Assembly (NCBI GenBank): GCA_036496525.1
Contig: DASXKZ010000011.1
Span: forward strand, 27,207 to 91,206
Reading direction: 5' to 3'
Source of the DNA: Candidatus Angelobacter sp.
GTDB taxonomy: Bacteria > Acidobacteriota > Terriglobia > Terriglobales > Acidobacteriaceae
DNA length: 64,000 bases
Shown here: positions 36,966 through 45,317 of the stretch, one piece after another
Layout: each line of letters starts with the position of its first letter
How positions within the stretch are numbered: the stretch's first letter is position 1
The notes under the pieces: generated by a model
Told to the model about the DNA's origin: nothing
Database searches by the model: none
The model's input: only the letters and a program-made list of their open reading frames with translations
Translations under genes and position numbers: made by a program

Positions 36966-36973
36966 AAATCAAC

Positions 36974-37810
36974 ATGCGGCGGCTAGTTGTGATCTCAGGG
37001 AAATCAAAAATCATTGCGACCCTGGCGGCGATGGCCTTCTCGCTCACCAGCATTCATCTGGCTGCTAAAGCCCACATCGCCAGCCTGCAGCGGGAACAGG
37101 AACAACTGGAAAAAACAGCTTTCAACCCTCAGCAATCGGCACTCAGCCAGAATGCACAAATTGCGGCAAGCCAACCGGCGCTGCAGATTCCGGCAAATCC
37201 ACTGGCTGTCGATCAAAAAGTTACCGCTTCCAAGAGTCAGCACAGCCAAACTACCGCTGCAGCGGCGCCGGCCATCGACCATCTCACCAACTCAGTGCCT
37301 AAACACCAGATCATCATCAGCATTGCGGACCGTCAACTGGCGGTCATCGACCGTGGCCAGGTGTTGAAGACTTATCCCATCGCCGTGGGCGCGCGCGGCA
37401 CCCCAAGCCCCGACGGCGATTTTGTGATCATCAACCACGCAAAAAACCCGGTCTATCGGCACGGCGACAAGGAAATTGCGTCGGGAAAAGACAATCCGCT
37501 GGGCACCCGGTGGATGGGGCTGAGCCTGAAAGGTTACGGCATCCACGGGACAAACGTGCAGAGTTCAGTGGGCAAGGCGATCTCACATGGCTGCTTCCGC
37601 ATGCGCAAGCAGGATGTGGAAGAGCTTTACACGCTGGTGCAGGTGGGTGACACGGTGATGGTCCGGCTTGAGCGCGACTCAATGACCGCCAAGGTGTTCA
37701 CAGCGCCATCCGCAGCGCAGCCGGCCATGACGCTGGCCGCCGCGCAGGGCAGCGACATTCAGGTTCCTGTTTCTGCCACAACGGCAACGGTTGAAACCAC
37801 TGAGCAATAG
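36974..37810 (+). CDS. L,D-transpeptidase (YkuD domain)
   Basis: 278-aa ORF with an N-terminal anchor. The catalytic motif is GIHGTN...SHGCFRM. Confidence 0.85.
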   Translation: MRRLVVISGKSKIIATLAAMAFSLTSIHLAAKAHIASLQREQEQLEKTAFNPQQSALSQNAQIAASQPALQIPANPLAVDQKVTASKSQHSQTTAAAAPAIDHLTNSVPKHQIIISIADRQLAVIDRGQVLKTYPIAVGARGTPSPDGDFVIINHAKNPVYRHGDKEIASGKDNPLGTRWMGLSLKGYGIHGTNVQSSVGKAISHGCFRMRKQDVEELYTLVQVGDTVMVRLERDSMTAKVFTAPSAAQPAMTLAAAQGSDIQVPVSATTATVETTEQ

Positions 37811-37823
37811 GAACTACGAGATT

Positions 37824-37998
37824 GAAACCGCAGAGAGCGGGAAGATCGCAGAGAGAGCAGTTAAATCAAAGAGGATTGGCCGCGAATCAACGCGAAATAG
37901 CACGAATGAAACACAGGGCGGAAGCCGGGGCCGCCGAAGCAGAGATGAATAGAGCTCAATAATGAAGTTGTTCCTCTGCGACCTCTGCGGTGAAAAGG
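37824..37998. repeat. Word-tandem inverted-repeat element E6
   Basis: gaaaccgcagagagcgggaagatcgcagagagagcag (37824-37860) faces ttgttcctctgcgacctctgcggtgaaaagg (37968-37998). There is an internal CGCGAAT-type x3 block (37878-37918). Confidence 0.8.
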
Positions 37999-38022
37999 TT
38001 TTGGTCTTTAGGAGGCATTGCG

Positions 38023-39516
38023 ATGTTGTTCTTGAGATATCTGCTGTTGTTCACCGGTTGGGGCTTGCTTGCGGCCGCTGCCATCAACGTTTTCAAAAAT
38101 CTTTACCAGGTTGTCCAGTATCACCGCCAGTTGCGACATATAGCTCCAGGCTCCCTATCCGGGCTTTCATCGGGACCGGAAGGCGCCCCCGCGGAGTTGC
38201 CATCAACCCATGGCGCTACCGTGGAAAAACCGCAACTGAACTGGACCACTGCCAAATGGGCGTTTCCTGCGGCCTGGCTGCCGCTCATCCTTGCTGCCGG
38301 CATAGTGGTGGTGCCCAGCGGGATGGGTGGCATCAGAGTGAGCCAGACTGCAGGAACGCTTCCAGGAACTTTGTATCCGGGCGTGCATTTCATTGTGCCG
38401 CTGCTCGATTCAGTGGTGCTCTATGACATACGCGACCAGGTGCTGACAACATCGTCCGGCAAAGACGGGTTGGAATCGACCAGTGAAGCTGAAGCAGAAA
38501 AGCGGGAAGCGAAAAACAAAAAAGCCGACGCCTTCACCGTGCAATCGCGGGAAGGCTTGAGCATCGGGCTGGCAATTACGGTGCGATATAAGTTTGATCC
38601 GGCAAGGCTGGATTACATCCATGCCAATCTGCCGCAGCCGGTGGAAAAAGAGATTGTGCCGCCGGTAGTTTCTAGCGTCTTCCGCGAGCTGGCGCCGAAC
38701 TATACCGTCCGGGAAGTTTTTGCCACCAAGCGCGAGGAGATATGGCAGAGCGCGGCGGACCGCATCACTCGCAAGCTGGGAGCCGACGGAATCATCGTAA
38801 AAGAAGTCATGCTGCGCGACGTCCAGCTGCCGGAAGAATACGCCAAGGGCCTGGAAGGTCTGCTGCTGAAAGAACAGCAGAATGAGGGCATGGGCGTTGA
38901 GACTGAGATGAAAGCCAAGCAGGTGAAGATCGCGGAACTTGAGGCCGAGGCGGCGCGTGTCCAGCAGGTAAAGCAGGCCCAGGGCGCGGGCGAAGTAAGA
39001 GTGCTGCAAGCCAAGTCAGAGGCGGACGCAATGCAGTTCACGCTGCCGCTGAAACAGAAACAGATCGAACAGTCGCGCCTGGAAGCTGAAGCCCAAAAGG
39101 AAACCACGGTGAAAAACGCGGAAGCTCAGGCGCAAGCCAAGGTCATCGATAGCAAGGCTGAGATGGAACGTCGAGGCATGCTGGCCGAAGCGGAAGCCAA
39201 CCGCATCCGCATTGTTGCCGTGGCTGACGGCGAACGCATGAAGTCAGAAGCTGCGCTGCTCAAAGAGAGTCCATTATTGATTAACAAGATCGTGGCGGAG
39301 CGCATGTCTGACAAGCTGCAAATCATGATGGTGCCCTCCGACGCCAAGATCTTCTTCAATGACGTGATGAAGAGCGGCGTCACTCCGGACGCGTTCACCA
39401 ATGCCAAGGCAGCCCAGGCCGCGGCGGAAGAAAGTGAAGGCACTGACCAGGAAGAGGAGGAACAACCAGCGCCAGCGCAGCAGGCAAACAGCCGCAAGGC
39501 CTGGAAAGCAAGATAA
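38023..39516 (+). CDS. SPFH/band-7 (prohibitin/HflK-C-like) membrane protein with a long coiled-coil tail
   Basis: Start at ATG 38023 (SD taggaggcattgcgATG). Has an N-terminal TM helix. The SPFH core runs ...GVHFIVPLLDSVVLYDIR...VMLRDVQLPEEY, and the C-terminus is E/A/K/Q-rich. Confidence 0.8.
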   Translation: MLFLRYLLLFTGWGLLAAAAINVFKNLYQVVQYHRQLRHIAPGSLSGLSSGPEGAPAELPSTHGATVEKPQLNWTTAKWAFPAAWLPLILAAGIVVVPSGMGGIRVSQTAGTLPGTLYPGVHFIVPLLDSVVLYDIRDQVLTTSSGKDGLESTSEAEAEKREAKNKKADAFTVQSREGLSIGLAITVRYKFDPARLDYIHANLPQPVEKEIVPPVVSSVFRELAPNYTVREVFATKREEIWQSAADRITRKLGADGIIVKEVMLRDVQLPEEYAKGLEGLLLKEQQNEGMGVETEMKAKQVKIAELEAEAARVQQVKQAQGAGEVRVLQAKSEADAMQFTLPLKQKQIEQSRLEAEAQKETTVKNAEAQAQAKVIDSKAEMERRGMLAEAEANRIRIVAVADGERMKSEAALLKESPLLINKIVAERMSDKLQIMMVPSDAKIFFNDVMKSGVTPDAFTNAKAAQAAAEESEGTDQEEEEQPAPAQQANSRKAWKAR

Positions 39517-39530
39517 GTTTCTGCCGGTAG

Positions 39531-39584
39531 TTTCCACCGGGCTGCCAAGTTCCCGCCGGGACAGGCGGCCCGGGCCGGTGGAAA
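39531..39584 (+). other. GC-rich stem-loop just after the SPFH gene
   Basis: tttccaccgg (39531-39540) and ccggtggaaa (39575-39584) are a perfect 10-bp inverted repeat around a GC-rich loop. No T-tract follows. Confidence 0.4.
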
Positions 39585-39592
39585 GCACGGAA

Positions 39593-39820
39593 CTTTCACC
39601 ACAGAGACACGGAGGCACGGAGAACAGCGAGCAAGGAAGAAATGGTCGCCAAAGAATTTCACATTATCGTGCGCATGGCATTTCTGAAATCAAGCTAGAA
39701 ACAAGCGGCTCTCTTCTAATCTCCTGTGAAGATCCTGGATCGATGGCTAGAGATATTGGTGATGAAGCGCGATCATCAAACTGATTTCCTCCGTGTCTCC
39801 GTGCCTCCGTGGTGGATTTG
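39593..39820. repeat. Word-tandem inverted-repeat element E7
   Basis: ctttcaccacagagacacggaggcacggagaacagcg (39593-39629) faces gatttcctccgtgtctccgtgcctccgtggtggatttg (39783-39820). Confidence 0.8.
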
Positions 39821-39898
39821 CTCTTGACTAGTTCATTTCCCCGATTGCTAATTGCGATGTTTTCCAGTCAAATGAGGAGCTACCAAGCTTTAAATTTA

Positions 39899-41098
39899 AT
39901 GCTAAAGACTGCCAATAGACGATGGCTGTGCGCATTTATATTCTTCTGTGCTGCGGTCGCTTCAGCCGCGCCGCAAGAGGCGACTTCCTTTCCCGCCGCA
40001 GCCAATGAATTCGTCCAGTTAATCCAGTCGCGCGCGGGGTCGCCTTCGGCAGTTGCTGTGACGTTCCAGAATTTATCTTCGCTGTCGGCAGAGCGATTAG
40101 AAGCATTGCAGAACGCAATCTTTAACAGCTTCCGCAACGCCAACGTCAGGGTGGTGAAGCCGGAACAGGCGGTGGCGGAAGTGCATATCACGTTTTCTGA
40201 AGACTGGCAGGGCTATTTGTTGATCGCTGGCATACAGCAGGGATCGAGCAGCCAGACAGTAGTTAAAAAACTGCTGCGCCCGCAGCAGGCGCAAGCCGCA
40301 CACGCCACCTCGCTCACCATCCGCAAGATATCGGTATGGCAGCAGGAAGCGCCCATCCTGGATTTTTATCAGGACAACCAGAGCCTGCTGGTGCTGGAAC
40401 CAAGCCAGGTTGCGCTGTACTCAATGGACTCGGGACAATGGCGTCCGCGACAAACGCTGGGAATTCCGCACCAGAACCCGTGGCCGCGCGATCTGCGCGG
40501 ACGGTTGGAAGTGCACGGCGGAGAGATCAATGTCTTTCTTCCCGGCGCGCGCTGCAACGGAAAAATTTCTCCTCCATCACTCGATTGCCGCGCCAGTGAC
40601 GATCCCTGGTCAATCGGCGAAGGGCTGGTTGCATTTTTCAGTCCGCGAAGGAATTTCTTCAATGGCCTGCTGGCTGGACCGAGCGCAGGCGCGTCAGTCG
40701 CGGCATTTTTTTCTGGAGCAACGTGGCAAAACGGCGATCAGCATGTTTGGCTTTTTACCGGCACAGACGGTCATACGCGGCTTTTTCAAAATGATCTTGG
40801 CACGCCCACAGCAACATTCAACGGATGGGGAAGCACATTGGCTCCGGTACATTCAGTTTGCGGCTCAGGCTGGCAGGTACTGACCAGTTCACCCGCTGAT
40901 ACTACGCGGCCAGACAGCGTACAGGCCGTGGAAATTTCCGGTCACGAAGCTTTGCCGGTGAGTGCTCCAGTGGATTTAGCCGGCACGGTGGAAACGTTGT
41001 GGACCGCGGGCAATTACGGGCAGTTGGTGAACGGCGTGCTGCATTCGCAAACGGGAAAATATGAAGCGTTTACTCTTACGGTTATTTGCAATCAGTAG
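39899..41098 (+). CDS. Secreted hypothetical protein
   Basis: About 399 aa from ATG 39899 (MLKTANRRWLCAFIFFCAAVASAAPQ signal peptide); ATG 39872 is an alternative start. No family recognised. Overlaps the next gene by 38 bp. Confidence 0.55.
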   Translation: MLKTANRRWLCAFIFFCAAVASAAPQEATSFPAAANEFVQLIQSRAGSPSAVAVTFQNLSSLSAERLEALQNAIFNSFRNANVRVVKPEQAVAEVHITFSEDWQGYLLIAGIQQGSSSQTVVKKLLRPQQAQAAHATSLTIRKISVWQQEAPILDFYQDNQSLLVLEPSQVALYSMDSGQWRPRQTLGIPHQNPWPRDLRGRLEVHGGEINVFLPGARCNGKISPPSLDCRASDDPWSIGEGLVAFFSPRRNFFNGLLAGPSAGASVAAFFSGATWQNGDQHVWLFTGTDGHTRLFQNDLGTPTATFNGWGSTLAPVHSVCGSGWQVLTSSPADTTRPDSVQAVEISGHEALPVSAPVDLAGTVETLWTAGNYGQLVNGVLHSQTGKYEAFTLTVICNQ

Positions 41099-42512
41099 CC
41101 TCGCGTTGTTGGCAGCCGGCGCGTATGGCGGCTCGCGTCCGCGATACGGCGGCACTGTGCGTATTCTGCTTCATGACCGCGTACTCTCAATTGATCCGCT
41201 CGGCGATGAAGACCATCCCGCTGCGCGTGACCGCATGGCAGCGCTGGCGTTTGAGAACCTGACGGCAGTCGATGCACAGGGGCATTTGCGTCCGAACCTT
41301 GCTGTGTCATGGCACGCGGACCAGTTAAAACGCGCGTGGCAATTTCGGCTCAGGCTGGCGAATTTCCACGATGGCACGGTCCTGACTGCTACCGATGTTG
41401 CAGCCAGTCTGGCCAAGAGCAATCCGGCTTGGAAGTATTCTGCTATTGACCGGCAGACTGTATCGATTGAGACGCCTTACGCAATCCAGCAGATGCCGGA
41501 AGTGCTGGCGCTGCCGCGCTATGCGATTGTGAAACGCCAAGCTGACGGCAGCAACGCGCCAATCCTGATAGGCACAGGAAGCTACAAGCTTAACCAGTGG
41601 CAACCTGGAGAGCACGCTCAGTTTACTGCCAATGAAGATTACTGGGGTGGACGCCCCTTCGCCGACTCTATTGAGTTCCAGATGAGTACATCTCTTCGTG
41701 ACCAGCTGATGGACCGCCAGCTTGGCTTATATGCCGCGACTGAATTGAGTGTCGACCAGATCCGCAACGTGGAGCAGAACAACCAGACGGTTACCTTGTC
41801 ACGTCCTGCCGATCTGCTGGCTGTTGTTTTCGTGCAGCCAGATTCCGGCGGACGACCCGGCAGGAAACCAATTGACGCGCGCGTGCGCCAGGCTCTTGGA
41901 CTTACGATGAACCGCGCAGCCATCAGTAATGTTATCTTTCAGCGGCGTGCCATTCCGGCATCGGGGCTCCTGCCACAATGGCTTACGGGATATGAGTTCA
42001 TGTTTAGTGGCACAACAGATATCAACCGGGCAAAAGAGTTGCGCGCGGATGCCGCGGCCTTTGTTGTGATCAGTCCTATCGCGCTCGCGTATGATTTTGC
42101 CGATCCGCTGGCGCGGCTGGCGGCTGAGCGTATTGCCGTCGATGCGCGCGAAGCCGGCATCGTGGTGCAGCCATATGCTGAATCCCACATCAACAGCAAG
42201 GCGGCGCGAGGTTCCATGAATGCCGACGCGGTTTTGCTCCGCGTGCCGCTTCAGTCTCTCGATCCATCTGTTGCCTTGGCCGCGCGTATGGATGATTTAG
42301 GTCTTCCGCTGGAAAGCGCGCCGGCGATTCTTGGCGCATCGCGGCCAGAAGACCTGCTGGAGATTGAACGTAAATTGCTGGAGAGCAATCGCGTGCTGCC
42401 TGTAGCACACATCCCCCAGGTGCTTTGGCTGAACAGCACAGCGCACAACTGGCAGCAGGAATTAAATGGCGCGTGGAACCTGGACCAATTATGGATGGAA
42501 GGAGCGCGATAG
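41061..42512 (+). CDS. Family-5 (peptide/nickel-type) solute-binding-protein-like periplasmic protein
   Basis: 483-aa ORF with signal peptide. PRYGGTVRILL...SIDP...LRPNLAVSW...F.L.L..FHDG..LTA.DV pattern of SBP_bac_5. No ABC permease or ATPase genes nearby. Confidence 0.7.
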   Translation: MKRLLLRLFAISSLALLAAGAYGGSRPRYGGTVRILLHDRVLSIDPLGDEDHPAARDRMAALAFENLTAVDAQGHLRPNLAVSWHADQLKRAWQFRLRLANFHDGTVLTATDVAASLAKSNPAWKYSAIDRQTVSIETPYAIQQMPEVLALPRYAIVKRQADGSNAPILIGTGSYKLNQWQPGEHAQFTANEDYWGGRPFADSIEFQMSTSLRDQLMDRQLGLYAATELSVDQIRNVEQNNQTVTLSRPADLLAVVFVQPDSGGRPGRKPIDARVRQALGLTMNRAAISNVIFQRRAIPASGLLPQWLTGYEFMFSGTTDINRAKELRADAAAFVVISPIALAYDFADPLARLAAERIAVDAREAGIVVQPYAESHINSKAARGSMNADAVLLRVPLQSLDPSVALAARMDDLGLPLESAPAILGASRPEDLLEIERKLLESNRVLPVAHIPQVLWLNSTAHNWQQELNGAWNLDQLWMEGAR

Positions 42513-42515
42513 GCA

Positions 42516-44321
42516 TTGTCTTTAAAGACCAAGCTGCTTCTTCTGGTAACGATCAGTATTACCGCCAGCGTGGGGGCCGTGGCCTGGTTGATTGAAGAGC
42601 GCGCGCATGAAGCGTTCCGGCAGGTGGAGCAGGAGCGCACGGGGGCGCTGGTGAACCAGTTTCGGCGAGAGTTTGAGCACGCGGGCGACGATATAACGCG
42701 CGGTGTGGACACGATTGCAAGCTCTGACGCGATGCAGCGCTCACTTGCAGAACTTGCCAATGGCGCGGAGTACGCAAATTATGTGAACGAGGCTGCGACA
42801 AACGCGGCGGCGCAGCGTCTGGATTTTCTTGACCTGATTGCCCCGGATGGCGCGATTATCTCTTCCGCGCACTGGCCCGCGCGATTTGGATATAAGCAGC
42901 GCTGGTTTATGGATCTTCCGTCGCCTTTGCCTCGCCAGGCTTTCTTAAAGCACATTGAAACGCCGCAAGGTAGCGTTCTGGCCATGCTCTGCTTCCGTAT
43001 TGTTCCCGTTCACGGCCTCAATTATTACCTGATCGGTGGGCGCAAGCTCGATACGGTTGTGCAATCGCTTTCTCCGGCGGAAGGTTTGCGCGTGGCAATT
43101 TTCAGCGTGCCGGAGCAGGGCGCCGGCGAGCTGATTGGGCCGGGTAAAGATAGCTTTGATCCTTCAAGGATGTCGCCGCTCATCCAGAAGGTTTTGAATA
43201 AGCGGGCCGAGGATTCTGCGACGCTGGATTCAGGACCGGAGCTGGGGCATGAAGAGATTGTGCACGCAATTCCCCTGCCGGGCTATACCGACCGCGTTCC
43301 TGCCGTGTTGTTGGTGGGCAACTCGCTGGAGCAGGAGCTTCTACTGGAGAAACGCATTCGCAATATCAGCCTGATTATTGCGGGAGTCGGCGTCTTTATT
43401 GGCGTAGTGGTGAGCGGGATTGTGACTGCGCGATTCAGCCGACCCATCAAGACGCTGGCGCAGGCGGCGACGGAAATCGGGCATGGCAATTGGGACGTTC
43501 GCGTGGAAACTTCCGGCAAAGATGAAATCGGCAAGCTGGCCGTAGCGTTCAACCAAATGACAGAAGAATTGATGGGGCAGCGAGAGCGCCTGGTGCAGAG
43601 CGAGCGCGTCGCCGCGTGGCGCGAACTGGCGCGACGGCTGGCCCACGAGCTGAAGAATCCGCTCTTCCCATTGCAGATCACGGTAGAGAACCTGCTGCGC
43701 GCGCGCCAAAATACGCCGCAGGAGTTCGATGAAGTATTTCAGGAAAGCACGGCGACTATGCTGGCCGAAATCGCCAATCTGAAAACCATCATCGGACGCT
43801 TTAGTGATTTTTCCAAGATGCCCGCGCCGCAGTTGCAGGCAGTTGATCTGAATGAGCTGGTTCGCAGCATTGCCCAACTGTTTCAGGGCCAGCTCAACCG
43901 CGATCCTGGCCGCATTCAGCCGCGGTTGCAACTGGGTGACGTGCCGCAGGTGAGCGCCGATCCGGTCTTGCTTCGTCGGGTGATAGAAAACCTTGTGTTG
44001 AACGCAATTGACGCCATGCCGCAGGGCGGCACATTGACTTTCTGCACCATGACCAGCAGTGACGATCGCTTTACGCTGTTTGAGCTGGCCGACACCGGCG
44101 CCGGATTGACGCCGGAAGAGTGCGAGCGCCTGTTCACTCCTTATTACACGACCAAGCAGCATGGCACGGGACTGGGGCTGGCAATAGCGCAGTCGGTCAT
44201 CAGCGATCATCATGGCCGAATCACCGTGAGCAGCAAGAAGAAAGAGGGCACAACGTTTCATGTGGAGTTGCCGGTGTGGAATGACGTGGGGACTGAGGGG
44301 GCCGGAAATGCCACGGTGTGA
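42516..44321 (+). CDS. Sensor histidine kinase (TM - periplasmic domain - TM - HAMP - HisKA - HATPase_c)
   Basis: 601-aa ORF, TTG start with SD ggaaggag. H-box LAHELKNPL and G-boxes DTGAGL / GTGLGLA. Confidence 0.85.
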   Translation: MSLKTKLLLLVTISITASVGAVAWLIEERAHEAFRQVEQERTGALVNQFRREFEHAGDDITRGVDTIASSDAMQRSLAELANGAEYANYVNEAATNAAAQRLDFLDLIAPDGAIISSAHWPARFGYKQRWFMDLPSPLPRQAFLKHIETPQGSVLAMLCFRIVPVHGLNYYLIGGRKLDTVVQSLSPAEGLRVAIFSVPEQGAGELIGPGKDSFDPSRMSPLIQKVLNKRAEDSATLDSGPELGHEEIVHAIPLPGYTDRVPAVLLVGNSLEQELLLEKRIRNISLIIAGVGVFIGVVVSGIVTARFSRPIKTLAQAATEIGHGNWDVRVETSGKDEIGKLAVAFNQMTEELMGQRERLVQSERVAAWRELARRLAHELKNPLFPLQITVENLLRARQNTPQEFDEVFQESTATMLAEIANLKTIIGRFSDFSKMPAPQLQAVDLNELVRSIAQLFQGQLNRDPGRIQPRLQLGDVPQVSADPVLLRRVIENLVLNAIDAMPQGGTLTFCTMTSSDDRFTLFELADTGAGLTPEECERLFTPYYTTKQHGTGLGLAIAQSVISDHHGRITVSSKKKEGTTFHVELPVWNDVGTEGAGNATV

Positions 44322-44412
44322 TCAGTGGCTGGCCGGAACGCTCAGTTTACAATGGGCCGTTATATGCAGGCATAAAAGCCATTAGTTTTTGATGGGAAGG
44401 GGTAGGACATCA

Positions 44413-45234
44413 ATGCTGAGATTTTTCTTGACCTTGATTCTGCTAGTACCCATGTCTCTGGTTTCACAAGAGCCAAAACCAGCCGCAGCCCAGGACCAGT
44501 ACCGGCAAGCCATGAGCCTGTTGCTGGGAAGCAACGCAAATCAGAGCGATCAAGACCAGGCGGTAACGCTGCTACGCGCAGCTGCGTCACAAAATTACGC
44601 GCCGGCGCAAACGACTTTAGGAACTATCTACCAGGAAGGTATTCTGGTTGCACGGGACCCCAGCCAGGCAATTCTCTGGTATCGCAAAGCCGCCGATCAA
44701 GGGGACTGGATTGCCCAGTTCTCGCTGGGCAGGATCTACTTTCTGGGACTTGGTACTGCTCGCGATATTGCTGTGGCAAGGGAGTGGTTTACCCAGGCAG
44801 CGGCTGCAGGGGATAGTGGCTCGGCCTTTTTTCTCGGAGTGCTCAACGACCGCGATAACGGAAACTCGCCAAACTACGCTGAAGCCGCTAAATGGTATCG
44901 GTTCTCCGCGGAAAGAGGAAATCCCTTTGCGCAGGAAAGGCTGGCGCGTCTTCTGCTGGAGGGACTGGGCGTAAAGCAAAACCGTCAGGAAGGCTATGCG
45001 TGGCTGCTGGTGGCTGTGGAGTTCGGGAACAGGCACGCACAGATCAAACTAAACTCCATGGAAAGCGATCTGGGAAAGTCGGCCTCGGATGCCGCCAGAA
45101 AACAGGCGCTCCAAATGCGTGACCGAATTCTGGGTTATACGCGCACCGATTGTGCCGGCTGGGACGGACAATATAGCAATGCACCGACCGCACCACCGCT
45201 GAGCAGCCAGACATCCTGCCAGCGCGTAAAGTAA
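44413..45234 (+). CDS. Secreted Sel1-repeat (SLR/TPR-like) protein
   Basis: Start at ATG 44413 (MLRFFLTLILLVPMSLVSQ). Repeated A..WYRKAA.QG...AQ..LG..Y..G.G motifs. Confidence 0.8.
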   Translation: MLRFFLTLILLVPMSLVSQEPKPAAAQDQYRQAMSLLLGSNANQSDQDQAVTLLRAAASQNYAPAQTTLGTIYQEGILVARDPSQAILWYRKAADQGDWIAQFSLGRIYFLGLGTARDIAVAREWFTQAAAAGDSGSAFFLGVLNDRDNGNSPNYAEAAKWYRFSAERGNPFAQERLARLLLEGLGVKQNRQEGYAWLLVAVEFGNRHAQIKLNSMESDLGKSASDAARKQALQMRDRILGYTRTDCAGWDGQYSNAPTAPPLSSQTSCQRVK

Positions 45235-45317
45235 CCGCATGGAGTAAGTTTGCCCTTTGAGCCGATCGCACCAGCGGAAAAAAGCAGCTTGTTTTGCCCA
45301 AGTACGCTAAAAATTCT

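Noticed and set aside
43341-44261. 306-aa minus-strand ORF
   Set aside because: It is antisense to the histidine kinase HisKA/HATPase region and has shadow-frame composition.
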